Assembly (NCBI GenBank): GCA_012862495.1
Contig: BLSG01000059.1
Coordinates: 145,927 to 192,118 of the forward strand
Source of the DNA: Thraustochytrium aureum
Lineage: Eukaryota
Length of the DNA stretch: 46,192 nt
Direction: 5' to 3'
The notes beneath the pieces were generated by a model. The model ran no database searches and was not told the DNA's origin. It worked only from the letters and a program-made list of their open reading frames with translations. The translations under genes were made by a program, and so were the position numbers. Of this stretch, positions 9,402 through 19,605 are shown in pieces. How positions within the stretch are numbered: the first letter of the stretch is position 1; the number at the start of each line of letters is the position of its first letter.

Positions 9402-11092
9402 ATGGACGCGCTGAAGAAGACAAAACGACGCGCGACGGAGCGCCTCCTTCAGCGCTTGGGCCACTCCGAGCAGGCCACGAACGAAAAGGAGTTCCAGGTC
9501 CTTTTAGGCGACTTTAACGAGACGCAAAAGGAAGTCGTCGTCCTGTTGAGCAAGTTTCAGCTCTACGCCGACGCGCTCGACCGGTGGCAAAAGTGCGGCG
9601 AGGCCCTTGCCAAAGAGCTCAACCAGTTTGTCGAAAACGGCAGCGATGACGCGTGCGAATCGCGCGCCACACTCCTCGAGCTCCAACAGCGGTTTTGCTC
9701 GACACAAAGCGAGATCGGGACGGCCTGCAGCAACATGGTCGACACTTGGAGCCTTCAGGTCCTGAGCCCCCTGCGCGACGTGGCGTTCACTTTCGCGAAC
9801 GGCGTCCAGAAGCGGGTGCAGGAGCGCAGCGCGGACAAGATCGACTACGAGGCGTACCGTCGGCGCGTCAAGACGCTGACTCCAAGCGACTCCAAGGCGA
9901 GCAAGGTCTCGCAGGCGCAACGCAACTTTGCCAAGCTGGCGGCCACACAAGACCGCTTCGAAGACAATGACAAGTTTCTGACGGAGCAGTTCCTCCGCGC
10001 CAAGCAAAAGCGGTCCGAGTTTGTCGTGGATGAAGTCGCGCTTGCGGTGCACTTCCAGTCCGAGTTCCTCCGGTCCGTCCAGACAGCATACGAGAACAAC
10101 TTTCAGGACACGCTGAGCGATTTGCTCCCCAACGAGAGCGGGATCGGATACGACAAGCGGCGAAACCGCTGGCTCCTGAATGGAGACTCGCGAGTGCGCG
10201 AGATGGGTGGCTACCTGGACTCGCGCGTTTGCCCCCTGCCGCCGAACTCGGAGCCCGCCAACGGCGAGCAGATCGGGCGAACACAATCCGCGCGCCACTA
10301 TGTACGGAACGCGCCCCGCAACAAGCAGGCCACGCTCAAGTCGATCGGCAAGCAGCTCTCGCTCACCAACCTCGACCGCCGCGCGCTCATCTCGCGCGCT
10401 CCGACTGAGCCGGCGTACGTGCTGCCACCGGTCCAGGCCGCCGACGCATCCACCCAAGACGACCCTCAGGAGTCTGCGCGCGGCAAAGGCAGCGCCGAGA
10501 GCGAAGAGGACAACGACAGCGCGTCGGTGGCCTCGGAGGAGCGCAAAGATTCGGTGGAGCCCGCTCTTGATGCCGCGGACGCGGAGAGCGAAGCAGAAAT
10601 CGGGAGCGCCGTCGAGGCTGACGAGGCAGCTTCTGAGCCGCTCGAATCCAATGACGCCGACGAAGAAAGAGTCGCTGCGGATACTTCAACCGCGCCTGCC
10701 GGGCCTAAAGATGGCGGCGAGCCCGCTTGCGATTCGACTGATCCGGCCGACTCGACGGGCCCAAGTCCCGTTTCTTCCCCGCCGCCAACCACGAGCGCGG
10801 AGGAATCGAGCTCGCCTGCCGGGCTCAAGAGCGTCAACTCTGATCGAACAATCGAGTCTGACGACCTGGACGAAGCAGACTTGGATTGCTGCGATACGGC
10901 TTCGGAACGAAAAACGCTGCCGATGTGGCTGCAGGTCTCGATCCCTCTTCGTCAACGAATACCAGTGCGCTGGCGGCGAACGCAGGCAAAACGATTGTGC
11001 ACATTATGCATATTGACTCAATGCTAGACGCGGGGGCTCAGAGCTCCGGCTCGCTCTCACCTCTATGCGCAACGACGAATTCCGCAGCTTGA
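9402..11092 (+). CDS. BAR-domain (amphiphysin/Rvs-like) protein with acidic disordered tail
   Basis: N-terminal amphipathic helix (LKKTKRRATERLLQRLG), then helical BAR features (QVLSPLRD...KRVQERSADKIDYEAYRRRVK). The ORF stops at 11027, but a probable missing A in the A5 run at 10910-10914 gives a more natural tail ending at 11092. Confidence 0.82.
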
Positions 11093-11270
11093 AATGGTCT
11101 TTGCGCTGCAGCGCTTGGGAACCAGAACGGAAGCGCGGTGCGCGCGAGCGAGGGGCGCGGGACTGCCGACTCCGCGATGCGACGGGCTCTAGCTCTAGAA
11201 CCAAAATCAACCAGACAACAAATTGCCGTCGTGAAAGAGGCTTGAGAGCGCTGTGCCAAAACTTGCGAAG

Positions 11271-11323
11271 AGGCAGGCAGCAGGCAGGCAGGCAGGCAGG
11301 CAGGCGGGCGGGCGGGCGGGCAG
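11271..11323. repeat. (GGCA)n/(GGGC)n tetranucleotide microsatellite
   Basis: aggcaggcagcaggcaggcaggcaggcaggcaggcgggcgggcgggcgggcagg, next to an assembly gap. Confidence 0.85.
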
Positions 11324-12422
11324 GCCATCACCACCAGGAGTCGCCGAAGGTGTCATCGAAGAGGCCCAAAGGNNNNNNNNNNNNNNNNNNNNNNNNNNNN
11401 NNNNNNNNNNNNNNNNNNNNNNNNNNNNNNNNNNNNNNNNNNNNNNNNNNNNNNNNNNNNNNNNNNNNNNNNNNNNNNNNNNNNNNNNNNNNNNNNNNNN
11501 NNNNNNNNNNNNNNNNNNNNNNNNNNNNNNNNNNNNNNNNNNNNNNNNNNNNNNNNNNNNNNNNNNNNNNNNNNNNNNNNNNNNNNNNNNNNNNNNNNNN
11601 NNNNNNNNNNNNNNNNNNNNNNNNNNNNNNNNNNNNNNNNNNNNNNNNNNNNNNNNNNNNNNNNNNNNNNNNNNNNNNNNNNNNNNNNNNNNNNNNNNNN
11701 NNNNNNNNNNNNNNNNNNNNNNNNNNNNNNNNNNNNNNNNNNNNNNNNNNNNNNNNNNNNNNNNNNNNNNNNNNNNNNNNNNNNNNNNNNNNNNNNNNNN
11801 NNNNNNNNNNNNNNNNNNNNNNNNNNNNNNNNNNNNNNNNNNNNNNNNNNNNNNNNNNNNNNNNNNNNNNNNNNNNNNNNNNNNNNNNNNNNNNNNNNNN
11901 NNNNNNNNNNNNNNNNNNNNNNNNNNNNNNNNNNNNNNNNNNNNNNNNNNNNNNNNNNNNNNNNNNNNNNNNNNNNNNNNNNNNNNNNNNNNNNNNNNNN
12001 NNNNNNNNNNNNNNNNNNNNNNNNNNNNNNNNNNNNNNNNNNNNNNNNNNNNNNNNNNNNNNNNNNNNNNNNNNNNNNNNNNNNNNNNNNNNNNNNNNNN
12101 NNNNNNNNNNNNNNNNNNNNNNNNNNNNNNNNNNNNNNNNNNNNNNNNNNNNNNNNNNNNNNNNNNNNNNNNNNNNNNNNNNNNNNNNNNNNNNNNNNNN
12201 NNNNNNNNNNNNNNNNNNNNNNNNNNNNNNNNNNGGAGCTAGCTGGCCCGGCATCGGCGACGGGGCGCGGGGGCGTGGCGCCGCGGAGCTCGCGAGGTTC
12301 CGGCGCGGTAGTGTGCGTTCGGGGCGCGCGCGCGCTGGAGGGTGGACTGGACGCGCGCACAGCTAGCTGGGCTTGACGAGCCCCGTCGGTCGGCTGGAGC
12401 GCATTACGGGGCGCGCGGGACG

Positions 12423-13442
12423 ATGTCGCTGGTGCACCAGATCAAACGCATTCAGTTTCTGAACAGGGAGGTGGCGGTGTGCTTGCAGAACGAGAATGGA
12501 CCCTGCCCTCTCCTGGCGCTCGTCAACGTGCTGCTCTTGCGCGGGACACTGGAGATGCACAAGGACCGGTCGGAGATCACGAGCGAGCAGCTCATCGCGA
12601 TGGTCGGCAACTTGATCTTGGAGAAGAATCCGCTCTCCGGGAACGAGGCCGTCCAGGCCACGCTGCAGCAGACGCTGGACGACGTGATACAGCTGCTGCC
12701 TACGCTTCAGTTTGGGCTGGACGTTAACGTGCGGTTCACTGGGATCGGCGACTTTGAGTTTGACTCGCGCATCTCGGTGTTCGACCTGCTTGACGTCAAC
12801 CTATTTCACGGCTGGGTGATCGACCCCACAGACAAGCAGACGCGCAGGGTGATTGGGTCCGACTCGTACAACCAGCTGATGGACCGCCTCATCAAGTCGC
12901 AAGAGATGTCCGAGGGCGGAGCCGAGGGTGCCTCGTCAGAGGCGTTGGTGGCCGCCGTGCAGGATGCTGAGGTGATCAACAAGTTCCTTGGCGACACGGC
13001 GTCCCAGCTCACGTTCGCTGGGCTCGTGCAGCTTCACGAGAAGGTGCGCGAGCGGCAGCTTTGCGCGTTCTTCCGCAACAACCACTTTAGCGCCATGTTC
13101 AAGATCGACGGCAGGCTCTTCTTGCTGGTGACGGACCAGGGCTATCGTGAGAACAACACGGTGGCCTGGGAGCTGCTGAACGAGATCAATGGCGACACGG
13201 ACATGATGTCGCCGTCGTTCGGATCGCCGAACGAATACATCCACCCGCGCGACCTGGGCGCGACGCTGCAGGACGGCGGGACCAGCGCCGCGGACTCCAA
13301 GGTGGACCCGGACCAGCTCTTGGCGCTCCAAATCCACCAGGACGAGATGAATGCGGCGCGATCGCGGGGCCCGCAGCCCTCGCTGGAGGAGGGCAAGGTC
13401 GCTTCGCCCAAGTCGCCGGGCTCTGGATGTCGTTGTATGTAG
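12423..13442 (+). CDS. MINDY1: MINDY-1/2 (FAM63) family deubiquitinase
   Basis: Catalytic motifs LQNENGPCPLLA and FFRNNHFS, plus LFHGWVIDP and LLVTDQGY. MIU-like DQLLALQIHQDE and C-terminal CaaX-like CRCM*. ATG at 12423. Orthology to MINDY1 versus MINDY2 is not resolvable by eye. Confidence 0.92.
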   Translation: MSLVHQIKRIQFLNREVAVCLQNENGPCPLLALVNVLLLRGTLEMHKDRSEITSEQLIAMVGNLILEKNPLSGNEAVQATLQQTLDDVIQLLPTLQFGLDVNVRFTGIGDFEFDSRISVFDLLDVNLFHGWVIDPTDKQTRRVIGSDSYNQLMDRLIKSQEMSEGGAEGASSEALVAAVQDAEVINKFLGDTASQLTFAGLVQLHEKVRERQLCAFFRNNHFSAMFKIDGRLFLLVTDQGYRENNTVAWELLNEINGDTDMMSPSFGSPNEYIHPRDLGATLQDGGTSAADSKVDPDQLLALQIHQDEMNAARSRGPQPSLEEGKVASPKSPGSGCRCM

Positions 13443-13788
13443 TAGATTAGCCTATCTGGCGAGTCTGCAGTCGTTACCTATGTCCCAAAAGTGAGGCTGT
13501 TTTTTTCTGTCACCACCATTCGGAGCGGCCAGCCGCGGCTGGGGGATTCGGATGTCGGTCATCTGCAGGAGAGAGGCAGAAAGATCCGAACGAACGAACG
13601 AGCGGACGGACGGACGGACAGCCATTCTCTGCAGCGTCAGCGCTGGCGTTGCGAGCCTGGGTCGGGTCGCCTCGCGGTAAGCAAGCGCGGGAACGAACGG
13701 TCTGTGACGGCCGGCCGGCCGGCTGGCCCGTTCCGTCCGCAACTGCTTGGCCAGAAATTCAAAGGATAAAAGCTAAAAGCAGCTGCCA

Positions 13789-14319
13789 TTACATAGGGGC
13801 GCCCAGAGCCCCGCACACAGCCTCGTACACGTCAAGCTCAATCTGGGCGACGGCGTGCTCCTGCGTGCCATCCGTAAGCGTTTCAAGCTTCCGCTTGGTC
13901 TCCGCGTAGGCCGCCTGCGCCGCGGCGAGGTCGAGCTCGTCCAAGGTGGCGATGTCGGACGCCGCGATGTCGGTCGTCGAGTCAGGGTGCGTGATGGCCA
14001 TGCCAGCGGCGACAAAGCAGCTCTCCGGCTCGGCGCCCTCGGTGCGGAACACCTGCACAAGCCCGGGCTTGAGCTCCGAGATCGCCGGGGCATGATCGGC
14101 GGCCACACCGTACTCCCCAGTCATCCCAGGAATGTTGACCAGCTCCACGGGCTCCATGTTAAACAGCGACCGGGTGGGCGCGCTCAGGTTCAGCACGACC
14201 TTGGAGCTCACCGCGGCATCCTCCGCGGCGAACCGCCTCGCAGCGCTTCCATGAAACCCGCGCGTCGCCCGCGCAGCGCGCGCCGCCGCCGCCATCGCCC
14301 GACCTGCACCCTGCATCAT
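13789..14319 (-). CDS. ATP5F1D: Mitochondrial F1Fo ATP synthase subunit delta precursor
   Basis: Ala/Arg-rich presequence, then VNIPGMTGEYGVAADHAPAISELKPGLVQV and the C-terminal helical hairpin (AVAQIELDVYEA) typical of the delta subunit (ATP16). Confidence 0.93.
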   Translation of the reverse strand: MMQGAGRAMAAAARAARATRGFHGSAARRFAAEDAAVSSKVVLNLSAPTRSLFNMEPVELVNIPGMTGEYGVAADHAPAISELKPGLVQVFRTEGAEPESCFVAAGMAITHPDSTTDIAASDIATLDELDLAAAQAAYAETKRKLETLTDGTQEHAVAQIELDVYEAVCGALGAPM

Positions 14320-15667
14320 CTCCCCGCTCTCCTCCTCCTGCTGCTCCTCCTGCTCCGCTCTGCTCCTGCTCTGCTCCGCTCGCTCTGCTCAGCGCCTGCT
14401 CCTGCTCCTGCTGCTACTGCGCCTCCTCACTGGCCTGCAGCTCCACCTTGTACGCCGCGACGCACGGCCACCGAATGACCCGCTATTCCCTGCAGCCGCA
14501 CCTTACGCGCCGTCGCCGCCGCTGCTGCATTCACCCGCTGTTTCTTTCTTTTTGTTCTTTGGACACCGAGGCCGCTGCGCCTCTCGGGGGATTCGGGCCA
14601 GGGAGTGGGGCCGAGTGGGGGAGGAGTGTGTTTGCGGGTTTCGCCGGGTGGGAGCGCGGTTTCGCCGGGGGGAGAGAGGGGGGGAGGTTGTGAGGAGCAG
14701 GACGAGCTGGATTGGAATGTACTCGCAGGTTTGGGGCTTTGGGCAATGAGGGGAAAGGCAGGTTTTTGAAAGATTTAGAAGTATCCTCCGGCGCGCCTCT
14801 GAGAGACTACTCGGGACCCCTCTGAGGAGGCAGCGCGCACCACTCTCTGCGAGTCTTCAAAATAATTCAAAACGCAACCAAAAAAGGAAATTTTAATAAA
14901 AAAAGACTTCAACAAAGCACTAGGAGGGGGCCCTCACAACGAGCGCGACAAATGTTAACATGCAGTGCAAGGTAAGGTGGTCTGTCTCTGTCCGCCCACG
15001 AAGCGCCTTAACGGGGATGTGCCCTACCCTAGTTGGGGAGGACTTGCGTGGAAGAACTGTAACGGATAGGCGGCTATCGCGCTGCTGGTGGGCGAGCATG
15101 CTGGCGGGGGTTGTGTGCTCGGCGGCCGCGCAGGCGCTGCATGGCTCGGTGCTTGGTGGCGGGTGCGGCGCGGCGCGCTTGCCATGACTTGCTGCTGCTG
15201 CTTCTGCTGGGAATTGTCTTCGGGGCTCGTGAATGGCGATCGCCACCCCATGATGTTGGGGTTGGGGCTGCGCCGCGGTTCGCGCAGTTTGCTCGACGTG
15301 GGCTGTCACGGAGAGGGTGCCGCTGCTTGTGTGTGTGTGCTGCTGCTTTGCGAAGCTTTGGTTTCGCCTTGCCTTCGCTTTGTCAAATTTTGCTTTGGTT
15401 TGCCTTTCCCTCGGAGGAGCGCGTCGAGCGAATCTGCCGCGGGGTCGGTTTTCTTGAATATGTGCTCGCCAGTGTGCCTGTGACAGGGAACGGCATCGGG
15501 AAAAATAGCCCCCACAACCTCCCTGCGCGGAGGTGCCACTGGGACACGTGCTCTGCGCATCGGTGCTGACACCGTCGGGAGCAGACCACGTCCGCGCAGC
15601 GCCGAACGCGGCGACCGCCCAGCGACGCGCTCAAGCCGGGGGACGGTGCGCTGCTGGCACACCGACG

Positions 15668-16647
15668 ATGAAGCTCTTCACCGAGGGGTTTGCCGTCCCA
15701 GCGGGCAAGGAGATCGTCCTGTTGCGGCACGCCAAGTCCGCAGCGCAAGAAGCGCCCAAGGGCGAACGGCGCAAGTCTTTCGCCCTCGTGGACGCCAAGC
15801 TGCACTCGGACGGGCTGGGCCAAGTGCAGGTGCTCCACGGGATCGCTTCCAAGGACCCCAAGCTCCTCTCGGTGGACATCGTCCTGTGCTCGCCGCTGAG
15901 CCGCGCCATCCAGACCGCTTGCCTCACGTTTGAGGGAACTGGCGTGAAGATCCTCCTTGTCCCCGAGCTCGCCGAGTTTGCCATCACGAAAAAGATGGTC
16001 GGGTACGAGAATACCGGAAGGCGGTGCGACATGATTCAGAAGGACGCCCTTCTCAGGACCTTGCCCAAGTTCGCCGACGTCGACTTCTCCCTGATACGCG
16101 ATTACAATGCCAACTATGGCGAGCCGTGGTGGTCGACACAGTAAGTGCCAGGTTTGGGCCAAAGAGTTTGGCGCCGCGTGCTGCCCTGCCCACCCCCACT
16201 GACCGCCGGAGCCTCTGCGAACAGGTTTGAGCCCGCCAAGTCGACGGCGCAGATACAACGCCTGAAGAAGCTCCTCCTTGGCCTCCCGTATCACAGAATC
16301 TGCTTGGTTGGCCACTGCTGCAACGTAAGTCGATGCTCCTGCCCGTCCTTGGCCGTCGCGCCGGCGACCAGCCCCATTCTCCCAGCGCGCGCGCTAACCG
16401 CGGTAGGCCCGTGCAGTTCATGACGTTGCTCAACTCGTACCACCGCGTGCCGAACTGCACGCCTATATGGTGCAAGCTCAAGGTCAATGGGTCGCGCATC
16501 TCGGTCGTCAGAACAGACCGACGGAGCATGGAGAAGATATTCAGAGCAACCCACCCAGCATCCAGCCGAAACGGCGCCGAGCAGGGCCCCGACTTGGACG
16601 GAAAGCAACTGCACGGTACCAGTGCGGACGTCCGTGCGTCAGACTAG
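15668..16647 (+). CDS. Histidine phosphatase (phosphoglycerate mutase-like) family protein; exons 15668-16140, 16225-16324, 16417-16647
   Basis: Motifs VLLRHAKS, DAKL, CSPLSRAIQTA, PELAE, LVGH and PNC. Two GT-AG introns restore a single frame. Confidence 0.88.
16141..16224 (+). other. Intron 1 of the histidine phosphatase gene (84 nt)
   Basis: GTAAGT...CTGAC...CAG, phase 2; joins WWST-Q-FEPAK. Confidence 0.85.
16325..16416 (+). other. Intron 2 of the histidine phosphatase gene (92 nt)
   Basis: GTAAGT...CTAAC...CAG, phase 0; joins VGHCCN|FMTLLN. Confidence 0.82.
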
Positions 16648-16795
16648 ATGCCCTTGCCAACACTGCTGGGGGGGAGAGAAGCGGAAAGGAGGAGAAAAAT
16701 CCGATTTTGTTTACCTCAAAAAGCCCAGGCCCAAGCCGCCGCGCCTCGTCGCGCGGCCCCTAGGTCCAGAGAAGGCGAACAAGGCCGGGAGTAGC

Positions 16796-18414
16796 CTACA
16801 TACCCGTGAACGCTTCGGCCGACGCAATAACATCGTCGATCTTGAGCACAAGCTTGACGAGCTGCGTGGCCAGGTTGAGCTGCTGCTGCTTGCCAATCAG
16901 AGTCTCGAAGACGTTGCAGCTCTTCATGTCGGCGTCACTGGCCGCCATGCAGTCGATGCCAAGCCGCGGGTTGTTCTCCGCAAGCTGGCGGGACTTGACG
17001 TTGGAGAGCATCGTGATGGGCGGCATGCCTGCGTTCTCGGCCAGCGCCATGGGAATATCGTCCAGCGCGTCGGCGAAGGCGCGAATCGCGTACTGCTCGA
17101 TGCCAGAGACCTTGTCAGCGTAGTCGGCGACCGCGATTGAGCAGGCCACTTCAGCGGACCCGCCGCCGTACACGACGCGGTTATCCTTGATCAGGTTGCG
17201 CGTGACGCACATGGCGTCGTGCAGCGACCGCTTGCCCTCCTCGACGACCATCTTGTTGCCGCCGCGCACAAAGACGGTGACCGCCTTCGAGTTCTCGCAG
17301 TTCTCGATGTAGATCATTCGGTCCGAGGTGGTTCCAAAGCTCACCTCGCGCACGGTGCCGGCCTTGCCAAGCTTTTCCGGGGTGAGCTCCTCGAACCGCG
17401 GCACGATGCGCGCCCCCGTGGCGATGGCCATCAGCTCGATCTCGACGCCGCCCACCCAGCGAATCGCGGGAAGGCCGTTCTGCAGCAGCAGGTGGTTGGC
17501 CTCGTCGTCGAAGCCCCACTGGCAAGCCACCACCGTGGCGCCAGAGTCCTTGACCATCTTGACCATGTCGGTAAAGTACTTTTGCTCTTGCTCGGCGAGC
17601 TGGCGGTAAGCCTCGGCGCTCTTGATATCGAGCTTGTGCTTGGTCTTGGGCTTGGGCGGCTCGAACGGGCAGGTCAGGATGCAGATCTTGGCGTCCTTGA
17701 CCTCCTTGGGCATCTGGGGGTGCGACCAGTCCTTGTCGAGCACGACGCCGTGCACCAGCTCGGTGTCCTCGAGCGTGCCGCCAACCTTGCCCTCCAGCTT
17801 GATGAGATCAAAGTTGACGTCCTTGTGGTCTAGGTCGGCCACCGACAGAACGGCCTCGACGGCGATGTTGGCCATCTTGCTCTTGTACCTGTGCACGATC
17901 TTTGAGCTCAGAGTCGTGGAGGCTGTGCGGATGAGTGGCTCGATGTTGTCCTTGGAGAACTCGACCACGTCCGATATGTCCGCCAGCTTTTCCACGGCGA
18001 TCGCGCAGGCCTTGTCAAACCCCTCGCTGATGCGCACGGCGTGAATGCCCTGCGCCAGCAGCTTTTCCGCTTGCTCGAGCAGGGCCCCTGCCAGAACGAC
18101 AACGCCGGTTGTCCCGTCCCCGATCTCGTTGTCTTGCGACTGCGAGAGCTCCACCATCAGCTTGGCTACCTGGTGCTGCACGTCCATGCGGTTCAGGATG
18201 GTGGCCCCATCGTTCGTGATCGTAACCTCGCCGTCAGGGGACACGAGCAGCTTGTCCATGCCCTTCGGCCCGAGGCTCGACCTCAGCATGCCAGCGACCG
18301 TGCGCGCGGCCAAGATATTGGCCTTTTGCGCCTCCGCCCCTTTGAGCCTTTGCCGCCGCTCTTGCTCGCGCATCACGATGAACGGCCTCCCATACTCATC
18401 AAAAACGGCGACAT
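16796..18414 (-). CDS. CCT5: T-complex protein 1 subunit epsilon (chaperonin CCT5)
   Basis: [70 protein letters not shown]. The likely ATG at 18414 (GAAAATGTCG) is one base out of frame with VFDEYGRPF, implying a missing base. Confidence 0.96.
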
Positions 18415-18419
18415 TTTCC

Positions 18420-18665
18420 CTGCTCGGCGCGCCACCGTCAGCCACCCGCCGCACCTCGCAGATCCCCCTCCTTGCGCGCATCCCCGCCAACCTTCCCTCC
18501 CTTCCTTCCCTCCTTCGCAGCCTCCTTCCCTGCCTCCTCGCCGGTCGGCTGCCCTTCGCCCACCCACCGCCGCCACGCCCTTCATCCCCAGGGCAGCAAG
18601 GCCACCGCCCGCCCGATCCAAACCAAACCAGAGCACCGCGGCAAACCAACCGCCGAGCGACTCAC
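18420..18665 (-). other. Probable 5'-UTR intron of CCT5 (246 nt)
   Basis: CAG|GTGAGT donor at 18665, CTGAC branch point, and a CAG acceptor ending at 18420, five bases before the ATG. Confidence 0.7.
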
Positions 18666-18737
18666 CTGCTTGCACCCGAGCAGCCTTCCCGACGCCGCGC
18701 TTCGCCGAGCCCCTGCTGCGCCCTCCGCTCCTCGTCC

Positions 18738-18796
18738 GCTGCTGCTGCTGCTGCTGCGATCCGGCTCTGCTCTGCTGCTGCTGCTGCTGCTGCTGC
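18738..18796. repeat. (CTG)n/(CAG)n trinucleotide tracts in the CCT5 leader region
   Basis: Two gctgctgct... runs separated by gatccggctctgctct. Confidence 0.8.
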
Positions 18797-18964
18797 GGCT
18801 TCCACGGCCTTCTCCGCGTGCTCGGGTCGTCCCTGCACCACGCGCCACTCTTCGTCGCTCTCGCTGCGTGCCGCTATCAAGCGGATTCTCTGCCGACCAA
18901 CGCGCCGAGGTGGACTAAGGGCTCCCTGGGCTACCCGCCGCCGTTGAAAAGCGAGGATCCCTTG

Positions 18965-19061
18965 TTCGAGAAGAGACGCGAGTATTGAACTTCAATACTT
19001 ACGGGTTTCCCTTTTGGGAACCCGCTGCCCTAGGAACAACCCAACTATTGACGTTCTAGAA
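18965..19061. promoter_or_regulatory. Candidate promoter elements upstream of CCT5: two TTCnnGAA dyads and two palindromes
   Basis: TTCGAGAA 18965-18972, TTCTAGAA 19054-19061, perfect inverted repeat AGTATTGAA-C-TTCAATACT 18981-18999, and hairpin CGGGTTTCCC-TTTT-GGGAACCCG 19002-19024, all in an AT-richer stretch between divergent genes. Confidence 0.4.
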
Positions 19062-19144
19062 AGTAACCTAAATCATGCCGCTCGCGGGTTCCCTATAAAC
19101 TGAGGCTCCAGAGTCAGTACTCGGCAGGCCGCCCTCTTGACTCG

Positions 19145-19184
19145 CTCAATTTCAAGACAAACCTCTCAATTTCAAGACAAACCT
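19145..19184. repeat. 20-bp tandem repeat (CTCAATTTCAAGACAAACCT), 2 copies, running into a gap
   Basis: Exact copies at 19145-19164 and 19165-19184; Ns begin at 19185. Confidence 0.85.
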
Positions 19185-19516
19185 NNNNNNNNNNNNNNNN
19201 NNNNNNNNNNNNNNNNNNNNNNNNNNNNNNNNNNNNNNNNNNNNNNNNNNNNNNNNNNNNNNNNNNNNNNNNNNNNNNNNNNNNNNNNCTCTCTCTCAAT
19301 CGAAAGAACAAGCGACCCCTTCCTCAGCCTTCCAGTGCCGCAGAGAAGAAAAGAAGAAAATAAGAAAAACAGGCACGACGTTCAAGACTCAGGCCGAAAC
19401 CCTTGAAATTGCAGCACATTCAAGAGTTATATTCAAGAGTCAAGACAGAGCAGAATTCAGAGCAGAGAAGAGCAGAGCAGTTGATCAGTGCGCAGAGCGC
19501 GAACGGGCAGGGCGCG

Positions 19517-19563
19517 GTGCGTGCGTGCGTGTCTGCGTGCGTGCGTGCGTGCGTGCGTGCGTG
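19517..19563. repeat. (GTGC)n microsatellite upstream of the SYLF gene
   Basis: gtgcgtgcgtgcgtgtctgcgtgcgtgcgtgcgtgcgtgcgtgcgtg. Confidence 0.85.
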
Positions 19564-19605
19564 GGAAGGCCACGAGGAGCCGACGCGCGGTGGAGGGCAA
19601 GCGCG

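Noticed and set aside
11065..12366. Long ORFs that run through N-gaps
   Set aside because: Their length comes from translating Ns, and the flanks are low-complexity noncoding sequence.
18996..19110. ATACTTAC followed by a hairpin, resembling the 5' end of U1 snRNA
   Set aside because: It lacks CTG after ACTTAC, the GATCAC loop I, the ATTGCAC loop II and an Sm site.
19145..19184. 20-bp, 22-bp (34023-34066) and 13-bp (24425-24478) repeats as CRISPR-like arrays
   Set aside because: They are directly tandem with no unique spacers, no cas genes are present, and the DNA is eukaryotic.
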